Under the pieces are notes generated by a model. It did no database searches. It was not told the DNA's origin and saw only the letters and a list, made by a program, of their open reading frames with translations. 64,000 nucleotides of DNA from Desulfobacterales bacterium (GTDB lineage Bacteria > Desulfobacterota > Desulfobacteria > Desulfobacterales > C00003060): positions 18-64,017 of the forward strand of contig JAUWXF010000002.1 of the NCBI GenBank assembly GCA_030616475.1. Reading direction: 5' to 3'. The position numbers and the translations under genes were made by a program. Below are positions 53,589-61,333 of the stretch, in pieces (position 1 is the first letter of the stretch; each line of letters starts with the position of its first letter).

Positions 53589-53808
53589 AGTGTCTCACTT
53601 CCTTTCAACGGCCACGGGTATCTTGATAGCCTTTTTCAATACCCTCAAAATTGAGGGTATTAAATTCCTGAGAACACTCAAGGTTTTCAATATGCCTCCA
53701 ATGGGGTATTTTGCCCCATCTGCTATGTACCGTTTCGGTATAACTGACTGAACACGAAGCCTTACGACTCTCATATGCTAAAGTCGTAGTGCTTCGTCTT
53801 TAGTTAGT

Positions 53809-54003
53809 CTACCCTACCTCCTCCCATATCTTAAATAGATCATCTGCTAAACCCTCCAACATGGTACCGATCCCGTTGAACCCGAAAGCCGAAAACTTCT
53901 CAATGGTGCGCTCTTCTTCAAGGGGCCCTAGAAACAATTCCGAGAGGCCCGCAAGCTTCCGGGCAGTGCAAAAAATGATGTCAGTTACCTGTGGTTGTGT
54001 CAT
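53809..54003 (-). CDS. hypothetical protein
   Basis: 64 aa. Its start overlaps the upstream stop by 4 nt. Confidence 0.4.
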   Translation of the reverse strand: MTQPQVTDIIFCTARKLAGLSELFLGPLEEERTIEKFSAFGFNGIGTMLEGLADDLFKIWEEVG

Positions 54004-54557
54004 AGCGTACCCTCCTCATGGTTCTTAGGAGCCTTGCTCACCGGCTTTGCCTCAGAGGCTTCTTCTTGTTGAAACAATGCTTTTGCCAGATCAAAGGCCA
54101 AATCGGGGCCATGGGTTAAGGCCCACGCCCGGAGGCTCGTACCATCGACATAGCCGCGTCCAATTCGTTTATCGAAAAGAGACGTCAGTGTTGCCAGGGC
54201 ATTCACCTTCTTCATATCCGGATCATGGATCCCCCGTGGCCATTTACGGCCATTGTCCTGCATAGCTTCTTTCAGGGTACGCTTTAGGGTTGAAACCTGC
54301 CTTTCCTCATTGTCAAAAAGCCGTTTCAGTTCGCTGATAATGTCTTTCTGCCAGTAGCACATAGATATTATCTGGCCAATGTCTACCTCATAGCACTCGT
54401 CGTCTACGGCCCTGTCTATCATCGAACAAAGAAGCTCAAGCCGGTCAAGCAGGGGACACGCCTCGTTCCACTCGTTTAAGGGCTCCAGGCCTTCAATAAG
54501 GTCTACCAGCTCTTGTGGAATGCTACCATTGCCATTGTTTTTTGATTCTTCTATCAT
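54000..54557 (-). CDS. hypothetical protein
   Basis: 185 aa. It has 4-nt overlaps at both ends with neighbouring ORFs, which suggests translational coupling. Confidence 0.5.
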   Translation of the reverse strand: MIEESKNNGNGSIPQELVDLIEGLEPLNEWNEACPLLDRLELLCSMIDRAVDDECYEVDIGQIISMCYWQKDIISELKRLFDNEERQVSTLKRTLKEAMQDNGRKWPRGIHDPDMKKVNALATLTSLFDKRIGRGYVDGTSLRAWALTHGPDLAFDLAKALFQQEEASEAKPVSKAPKNHEEGTL

Positions 54558-54796
54558 TTTCCATATACCTCCTGTAAGTCGTTAGTTGAGATCCTGGACA
54601 GGACTCTTTTCAAAGAATCAGGATCAACACTCAATTCGGTTGCTGTCTGTTTCAGGGTCATGCCTCCCAAATAGAGGGACACGGCCTTGTCCGTGGGAAC
54701 CGGCTGAAATTTTAGCCCGTTGACCGGCCACATGGCCCTGAACACGGACCGGATTAAATCATTCACCTCCTGTGTGTTCATAGTCATACCCTCCAT
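54554..54796 (-). CDS. small HTH protein
   Basis: MTLKQTATELSVDPDSLKRVLSRI is HTH-like. The upstream part of the track ORF overlaps the protease gene, so I prefer the internal ATG cluster (54796/54787/54781) near GGAGGG. Confidence 0.4.
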   Translation of the reverse strand: MEGMTMNTQEVNDLIRSVFRAMWPVNGLKFQPVPTDKAVSLYLGGMTLKQTATELSVDPDSLKRVLSRISTNDLQEVYGK

Positions 54797-54828
54797 TTCA
54801 CGTTGTTTGCCACCAGCTCCAACCGTTG

Positions 54829-55488
54829 TCAGATTGATAACGGTTGAACTAAATGCCGAGTCTCTTTCCCGAATATTTGACGACACACCCAAATGGGCAA
54901 CGCAAGGTGTGGCCGTGGAGAAGCTCCCATACATTTCCTCTCTCCTTCAGAGATACTGGAAGTCGAAACGATACCAACCAGCTCACCCACATCATTAATA
55001 ATCGGTCCCCCAGAGGTCCCACCTTCGATTTGCTCGTCAAAGTCAATCCAGAGTGCGTGAGCATCTTCTTGGCATTGCATTGCACTTCCCGTCACCCACG
55101 TTCCTTTATGAGTGTAGATATGGACTTTGAACTGCTGAAATAGTGCAAAGTCGTTTTGGCATAACGGTATCGGTTTCGTATGTTGGCAGAATTTCTCAAA
55201 ATCCATTGATTCTTTAAAAAAGGTCTGACCATCCAGTGAACCGAGCACCACTATATCACTGACCGGCTCCACACATAGTGGAGCAACCTTCAACTCGCCT
55301 TCGATAGTCTTGATGTCCTCAATAAAATGATGATCTAACGCCATTTCACCCTCACAGCTAAAATCAATGCAATGCGCAGCGGTGAGAATAAGATTGCCGT
55401 TGACCAAAATCCCTTGTCCCTCCTTTCGCAAAAAAGTTACTGTTGCCTTTACAACATCGTCATAAGTGCTCTCTTGTGATACCTTCAT
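54829..55488 (-). CDS. trypsin-like (S1 family) serine protease
   Basis: 219 aa. The catalytic triad context is LTAAHC (His), SDIVVLG (Asp) and GGTSGGPI (Ser). There is no signal peptide. Confidence 0.8.
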   Translation of the reverse strand: MKVSQESTYDDVVKATVTFLRKEGQGILVNGNLILTAAHCIDFSCEGEMALDHHFIEDIKTIEGELKVAPLCVEPVSDIVVLGSLDGQTFFKESMDFEKFCQHTKPIPLCQNDFALFQQFKVHIYTHKGTWVTGSAMQCQEDAHALWIDFDEQIEGGTSGGPIINDVGELVGIVSTSSISEGERKCMGASPRPHLALPIWVCRQIFGKETRHLVQPLSI

Positions 55489-55883
55489 TCACCATCACCT
55501 CCTCAACGCAAAAAATCCCGTGGCGCTCTCAGGCTCACAATCAAGCCCCCGGATCGTTGCCTTACCGGACACCACGGGAAATCGTTTAGAAACAAAAATA
55601 CCGGATTCACGGACCGGGTGCCGGATTGTGATTTTGAGATGGTTAGATTCATATCATCCTGGATTTAAATGTCAACAGTTTTTTTGCACAGTTTCAAAAA
55701 AATGTCAATAAATACTTGGGGTTATACCGTAACGGTATAACCTTGAATGATTTCCCTCGCTTTTTTTGAGACACTTGCCAAGATCATGGTTCTATGATAG
55801 GTGTGCTCAAGTTTCATAATGGTACGTCAACTCTAACTGAAGGGATTCCATGAATTGAAATTGTTACACAGGAGTTGTAAGAA

Positions 55884-56461
55884 GTGGCTTATCATGCACA
55901 TGCATTCATAGACGGGGCTTATCTCCGATCGTTGACCAAACAACTGCATAAGGACCTAGCTGACCCCAGGATCCTGGCAAACTTTGTCCTTACAGATAGA
56001 GAGATCCAGTGGTGGGGCGCGAGGCAGCCACATGAACCCCCACAGATCGTATTGACCCGGGTCACATATTATGACGCTAGGCCCGATACCCTTGACGAGG
56101 CCCACTTAAAAGATTATTGGAAAGCCGTTGAACTCCTGCCAGATACGCAACTCGGTTTGGCTGGCTCCGCGGAAGGCCCCAACGGCAAAAAGCTGTTGAT
56201 ACTTTGATCGCTGTAGATATGCTCGTGGGCGCGTTTACTAATATTTTCTCTGTTGCCATTCTTGTGGCAGGTGATGCGGACTATGTACCTGTAGTAAATG
56301 AAGTTCGCCGGCGCGGCGTAATGGTAGTGGGGGCTGGCAATGAGGATTGTAAACAAGCCTGCGTGTCAGACGAATTGAAACGGGCGGCCGACAGGTTTTT
56401 TCCCATATCGTCCATACCGTCACTCACGGTCAACGGGAAGACATTTTCCCTAACTACTTAG
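55884..56461 (+). pseudogene. NYN/LabA-like RNase domain gene interrupted by a frameshift
   Basis: ORF 55884-56207 (AFIDGAYL...) and ORF 56204-56461 (...IAVDMLVGAF...VAGDADYVPVVNEVRRRG) are two halves of one NYN domain in different frames. The second frame is open from 56132 and already reads RQKAVDTLIAVDML. The shift must lie near the CCCC run at 56177-56180. Confidence 0.6.
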
Positions 56462-56858
56462 ATAGTCCCTTATAAGCATGCAAGCGACTGATGCGTATCT
56501 GCTACCTTCAATAGGAATTGCCATCTTTCGGCTATAATCCAGGAATATATACGGTGTTGCATCAAAGTTTTCTTCCGTGAATTAGCCCACAATTCCGGCC
56601 GGGGCTTCACCCGCCGCCCGTGATCCGGGTATTCGAATTTCAAAGAGCAAATCACCGTTTAGCGATACCTGAAGCCACAGAGAGGCCCCACAAGCCACGA
56701 TCTCACATTAGCTGATGGTAAGCACGCACCCCGGAACCAATATCCTGCACGAAACCTCCGGTCTTTTGCGAAAATCCGTGAAACCGGCTTCCGGATAGGC
56801 CCAGGATGCCACGATCTCAAAACAGTTAAGGGTAAAAGTCGCACGATGAATCAAGTAG

Positions 56859-57467
56859 TCACGTGCCCTGACCGTGATCGGGGAGTGTGGGTTTTGTTTG
56901 ACTACCAGCAATGCTCTCCCATTCAGCTCTTCGCTCCTTTATGTGGTCGTTTATAGCGGAATCGGTCTTCACGGTCTCGTTGAACCTCTGAACTGCCATT
57001 GCTTCTGCTTGCTCTTTATCCATGTCCTGGCCCAGACACCTTTCATAAACAGCGGATGTCTTAATAACCAGGTAGCAATCAAAGCACAAAATATCGCGCC
57101 TGTGGTCCGGAGCAATGTATTGATTCCATTCCGGGTCATAAAATGTATACGGCCAGACCTCCCCGCACCTAGCGCAGACACGAGGATACCAGACAAAGGG
57201 AAACCGCCCCTTTTTCTCGCAAATCTCCTTCCACATTTCACTAACCTTGCCTGACACCTCGTCATAACCCTCGTCGTCTTCCAGAATTAAACTATCCAAG
57301 GTTCGCATAACTGCCGGGTCTATATACTTCCGCCTGCACTCACAAATGACCACTTCCCGGGGTTGTCCGCAAAACGGACAAGGCTCTTCAGGACATTCCC
57401 ACTCGTGAAGCTGTCCCTCTAAAACCCCACAGTCATGACAGTTGTATCTAAGATCACGTTGATCCAT
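56859..57467 (-). CDS. cysteine-rich hypothetical protein (zinc-ribbon motifs)
   Basis: It starts at MDQRDLRYNCHDCG, with GGGAG 5 nt upstream. It contains several CxxC pairs. Confidence 0.5.
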   Translation of the reverse strand: MDQRDLRYNCHDCGVLEGQLHEWECPEEPCPFCGQPREVVICECRRKYIDPAVMRTLDSLILEDDEGYDEVSGKVSEMWKEICEKKGRFPFVWYPRVCARCGEVWPYTFYDPEWNQYIAPDHRRDILCFDCYLVIKTSAVYERCLGQDMDKEQAEAMAVQRFNETVKTDSAINDHIKERRAEWESIAGSQTKPTLPDHGQGT

Positions 57468-57705
57468 CTTATCTCCCTTACGGCCTAAAAGAGAAGGCCC
57501 AACACATCTCCCGGCCACAGACGGGCCGCCCCATGCGTCGCCACATGAGGTGTGTTGAGCCTTATTTGTTGATTTGAATTTCATCGTCTGTGGTTTGGAG
57601 ATAGTGCCTGTGTACCCGTGTACACTTGTAAAAGGGTAAAGTCAACAAAAATCTGTGAATACGGTTTTTCTTGCAAAATTACACCGCTGTGGTATAGGGC
57701 TCCTC

Positions 57706-57873
57706 ATGAAGCGTAAACAGTTCACAACCACGATAGATGAGAAGCCCCTCAAGGAGATCAAGAAGCTCGCTATTGATCTTGACCGGCCTGTCAACGACCT
57801 CCTGGAGGAAGCCATTAAGTGGCTTCTGAAAAAGTACGAAAAAAAAAGAAATAATATCAACACGTTAAACTGA
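57706..57873 (+). CDS. small ribbon-helix-helix-like protein
   Basis: MKRKQFTTTIDEKPLKEIKKLAIDLDRPVNDLLEEAIKWLLKKYEKK. The pattern is a beta-strand followed by two helices. Confidence 0.45.
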   Translation: MKRKQFTTTIDEKPLKEIKKLAIDLDRPVNDLLEEAIKWLLKKYEKKRNNINTLN

Positions 57874-57927
57874 ACATCCTGGATCCCTACAAAGGGTATC
57901 TCCCCCACAAAATAAAAGGACGTTGCC

Positions 57928-58386
57928 ATGGCACAAAAGACTAAACTCGACAGGAAGTTGCAATTAAAAATATTACTTCGACTTTCAGAAGTATTTCCTT
58001 CAGAAATAAGGTATCCCAAAAGAGAATCCTTTTCTAAGGATCCAAATTTTATATATAATTGGGAGTATTTATTGGAACACGACTTGGTTAAAAGTAGCGA
58101 AGTATATACTGGAGACAAAGGCCCAGGTGACTTTGCAATGATTAATGCTCGTATAACCGCAGAGGGCTTAGATTTCCTTGAAGCTGATGGTGGTTTGTCT
58201 GCTATTAAAAAAACCATTACCGTCCGTCCTGATGTGAAAAGCTTCTTAAATCTTCTAAAAGTTCATGCTGAATCTCTTCCCGAAGCAGAGAAAAAGAATT
58301 TCCTGAAAACAATAACGGATTTTTCCAAACCTATTGTTCAGACAATTCTCCAGACTGTCCTAAACGACTGGTTAAACTTAAAGTAG
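57928..58386 (+). CDS. hypothetical protein, DUF2513-like wHTH
   Basis: 152 aa. KILLRLSEVFP ... NWEYLLEHDLVK ... ITAEGLDFLE resembles DUF2513 (from memory). Confidence 0.5.
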   Translation: MAQKTKLDRKLQLKILLRLSEVFPSEIRYPKRESFSKDPNFIYNWEYLLEHDLVKSSEVYTGDKGPGDFAMINARITAEGLDFLEADGGLSAIKKTITVRPDVKSFLNLLKVHAESLPEAEKKNFLKTITDFSKPIVQTILQTVLNDWLNLK

Positions 58387-58624
58387 CCGGAATTATGCCT
58401 GTCAGAATATAAGTCCTTTTTTGTTTTTCGCTTTGTAATAGTGGTTTAAACGTATGAAGGTTCGTAAAGAACAAAAGTGCAATAAGCTTAGTTTTCCCCC
58501 AAGAGGTAAGTGGTACGGTCATATAGTCTGATGTACCTTTCTTACTTTCATTATCGTTCATTTCCAAAAATAACTGACCATCAGTTATTGTAAAAGTTCC
58601 TGCTATATGATCTAAACTTATCAT
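58331..58624 (-). CDS. hypothetical protein
   Basis: 97 aa with GGAGG 5 nt upstream of the ATG. Its 3' end overlaps the convergent ORF. Confidence 0.4.
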   Translation of the reverse strand: MISLDHIAGTFTITDGQLFLEMNDNESKKGTSDYMTVPLTSWGKTKLIALLFFTNLHTFKPLLQSEKQKRTYILTGIIPATLSLTSRLGQSGELSEQ

Positions 58625-58674
58625 AGTTGCCTCCTCTGCGCATTCTGGCCTATTCTATTGTCTTATATGCCTTT

Positions 58675-59082
58675 TTAATCTATCCTTGGGATAATGGTCT
58701 CAATACTGCCAAGCTCCATGACTGGTAGACCACCGTAGTCTTTTTGTTTCTTACTGCGCGCCCGACCATCCTTATTGAAGATTATCCGAATCAAATTCAA
58801 ACACCCCTGAAGATCATGGATATCCAGCTCAAAAGTGTTTCTTTCATACTCACGTTCACAACCCCTGCAACAAAAACTCTTCCCGGCCTTGGCCGCCCTG
58901 TTCAAACATCGGTCATATTGCCAACAGTAGATGTTTCGATAGTACTTCAAGGCATACCGAAATAGCTCTATAGGTTCCTTTGTAGTGTTGTGCCCCAGGG
59001 ACCCGACTGGGAGAGAGCCCCTGGAGCACGGAGGCGAACAACGCAGGGGACGGAACACCCCGAACCTCCCCTGCAATTCCAC
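58675..59082 (-). CDS. hypothetical Cys-rich protein
   Basis: 135-aa ORF with an uncertain start. It contains CWQYDRC ... CCRGC. Confidence 0.3.
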   Translation of the reverse strand: MELQGRFGVFRPLRCSPPCSRGSLPVGSLGHNTTKEPIELFRYALKYYRNIYCWQYDRCLNRAAKAGKSFCCRGCEREYERNTFELDIHDLQGCLNLIRIIFNKDGRARSKKQKDYGGLPVMELGSIETIIPRID

Positions 59083-59235
59083 TTGGAGAGTCTTTTCCCT
59101 CCAAGAGGAGCGCGATCACTAGGGCGAGATCAGTTCCCCAGAGATCACAGAAGAGGATAATCCAAAAACCGGATCATCCCTATGCTCCAGGTCCCGTAGA
59201 AAGCAGACGAAAAAACCGGGACTGGAGAAACCGTA

Positions 59236-60165
59236 TTAATGCACAACCCCGGAGCGATTCTCTGGTATAATTTTTCTTGTAAGTGCCGGGGGGTGCTTCT
59301 TTGCGCGTCCCTTGACTTCACGTTCCTTGGCTTGCGTTGCTGCAATCTCACGGGCTCGCTTCAGAGTAATGTCCTGGTCCTGGATGAAAGGACTTGGAGT
59401 CACGTGCTTGCGTGTAATCGCCGGGATAGTCTTTCGCTCAATTACAGGTCCCGCAGATACTTTTTTTGATGGCGCCTGAAACTTTGTTCTCACGTGATCA
59501 AGACGTCCGTTAGCCCAAATCAAGTAATCGCGCAATCGATCCCAGAGCTCTTGAGAATTAGCAGTCAATTTTTTCGGGATTCGTGCCCTTTCATTATGAT
59601 TATTCACAACAGAGTTTAGCCAATTGTCATTTTCCTGTGCATCCGGTTCGCGAACTTCCCCCTTGTCGAAAAACGCGGGTAGGGATACTCGACCACTGAG
59701 TTTGTGAAGTATCACCTCCAGAGATTGCGATGGTAGCCGGTTATTCGTGAAGTCGTTCACCAGCTCGTTGAACCGGATTATCTTTTCGTCGAAGTCCTCA
59801 ATAAAGGCATTGATCTCAGTAGCGGATTTCAGGAAGTTCTCGTCAGTTTCTTTGTACTGTGAGATGTGGTCATAGTAAATTACGACCAGCTCTTGCTCTT
59901 GTTTAAGGTTTGCCAACCCATCCCCCAGGAGTTCCCTCGCGCGTGTTAGCTCATCGATCTCAGAAGCAAGGCGCACACAATCTGATCTTTGAACTTTAAG
60001 AGAACTCGGCAGCCGTTGCTTACCCACAGCTTTTGCTACGAGCTGGGCATTACTCTCTTTGAGCTGTGCCAGTTCAGCTTCCTTTTCCTTGACTTGTGAA
60101 TCACAATAATTCATCCGGCTCTGACGATCTTCAATGTCAGTTAGTATCTCCTCTTCCTTGCGCAT
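59236..60165 (-). CDS. coiled-coil protein (scaffold-like?)
   Basis: It is long, heptad-like and rich in E/K/L/Q. I prefer the start MRKEEEIL at 60165, after AAGGGGG. Confidence 0.5.
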   Translation of the reverse strand: MRKEEEILTDIEDRQSRMNYCDSQVKEKEAELAQLKESNAQLVAKAVGKQRLPSSLKVQRSDCVRLASEIDELTRARELLGDGLANLKQEQELVVIYYDHISQYKETDENFLKSATEINAFIEDFDEKIIRFNELVNDFTNNRLPSQSLEVILHKLSGRVSLPAFFDKGEVREPDAQENDNWLNSVVNNHNERARIPKKLTANSQELWDRLRDYLIWANGRLDHVRTKFQAPSKKVSAGPVIERKTIPAITRKHVTPSPFIQDQDITLKRAREIAATQAKEREVKGRAKKHPPALTRKIIPENRSGVVH

Positions 60166-60190
60166 TGTTCCCCCTTTCAATTTTGGAATT

Positions 60191-61000
60191 TTATCGAGAC
60201 AAGTCGAACATGCTTTGAGCCGATACCTCGTCTTCATCGCTTATTTCTTCATTTTGGACACCACCACTGGATGACCGGAAAGTGCTCTCGGCAAGCTTCT
60301 CATCCTCAAAGTCTTGCTGACGTTCCTCGTCAGTCAAAAACTTTTCGTCTTTATCAAACATAGTGTTGATCCCGTGGCAGGTAGAATTGTATATTCCCAT
60401 GACAAGCTTCTCATCCTGAAAATCTTGAAGGTCCCCCTCAACGTTCAAGCTCAAGGTTAAATGACTATCGTTCGAAAAGCCGGGGACAACTCGGCTTTCG
60501 GTGTTTGGGTCATAGCCAAATACCACCACGGAAACTTCGAAAAATATACTCTGACGCCAGATGCTAGCAGGAGGCTTAACCTCTATGCCATTCACCTTGA
60601 TTGGCTTCGCGCCCTCGCCGAGTCGTTCAATATCGGTAGGCCTTGCAAAGATACTTGCCTGCCAAGGAAACGATTCTTTTGATAGCTTCTTGAATTCCGC
60701 GGCCGCAAGTGTATCAAGAAGTTTTGCATCTTCAATCTTTATGCCGCCGTTAAGATGGATCTGACTCCTCTTTACAACACCTACCTTTCGGTCTTTCCGA
60801 TGTTCCTCAAGAACCGGATAGCTGTTTTTGGGAAAAGACATACCAGCAAGATCAATAATAAGATCTCCCCAATAATAGTGATTTCTTACCAGACCGCCGC
60901 TGTATGCAACCATTGACAACGTGTCCGCTTTTACCTTCACCGTGTTTTTGCCTGCATTGAAAACCATTGCATCAATCGGGATATTCATTTTTGTGTTCAT
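60191..61000 (-). CDS. hypothetical phage protein, possibly prohead-protease-like
   Basis: 269 aa with AAGGGGA 6 nt upstream. YPVLEEHRKDRKVGVV ... QASIFARP loosely recalls HK97-type S78 proteases. The similarity is weak. Confidence 0.45.
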   Translation of the reverse strand: MNTKMNIPIDAMVFNAGKNTVKVKADTLSMVAYSGGLVRNHYYWGDLIIDLAGMSFPKNSYPVLEEHRKDRKVGVVKRSQIHLNGGIKIEDAKLLDTLAAAEFKKLSKESFPWQASIFARPTDIERLGEGAKPIKVNGIEVKPPASIWRQSIFFEVSVVVFGYDPNTESRVVPGFSNDSHLTLSLNVEGDLQDFQDEKLVMGIYNSTCHGINTMFDKDEKFLTDEERQQDFEDEKLAESTFRSSSGGVQNEEISDEDEVSAQSMFDLSR

Positions 61001-61050
61001 GATAATTCCCCTTTCAAAGCCTCTCCCTCTTGCGAGGAAGAGGGAAAATA

Positions 61051-61317
61051 TTAGACTAACAATCTTACATAGCCCTCCTCTGACAAATTCGGGCTATCCG
61101 TCTTTAAGCCCGAGATAGTTGTCTCCTGCGAACGCTCAGGATGATTTTTCAGTGCAGCTAAAATATCACTTGAACTCGGGGTTTCGTGTGTTTTGCAAAC
61201 TGCATAAATAAAAACGCGTGTCTTGTCCGACTTGACGGTAATCTTGCACACTTTTGCAATATCCTCCTGGCCACAGATCAAGCATTCTTTTTTGAATTTC
61301 ACGACAACATTAGACAT
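61051..61317 (-). CDS. hypothetical small protein (CxxC)
   Basis: 88 aa, starting 16 nt after the tape-measure stop. Confidence 0.45.
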   Translation of the reverse strand: MSNVVVKFKKECLICGQEDIAKVCKITVKSDKTRVFIYAVCKTHETPSSSDILAALKNHPERSQETTISGLKTDSPNLSEEGYVRLLV

Positions 61318-61333
61318 TATAGAATCACCTCCT

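Noticed and set aside
57642-58217. 191-aa minus-strand ORF
   Set aside because: It is Ser/Leu/Phe-rich and low-complexity. It lies antisense to two plus-strand ORFs that have recognisable RHH and wHTH-like features and plausible start contexts.
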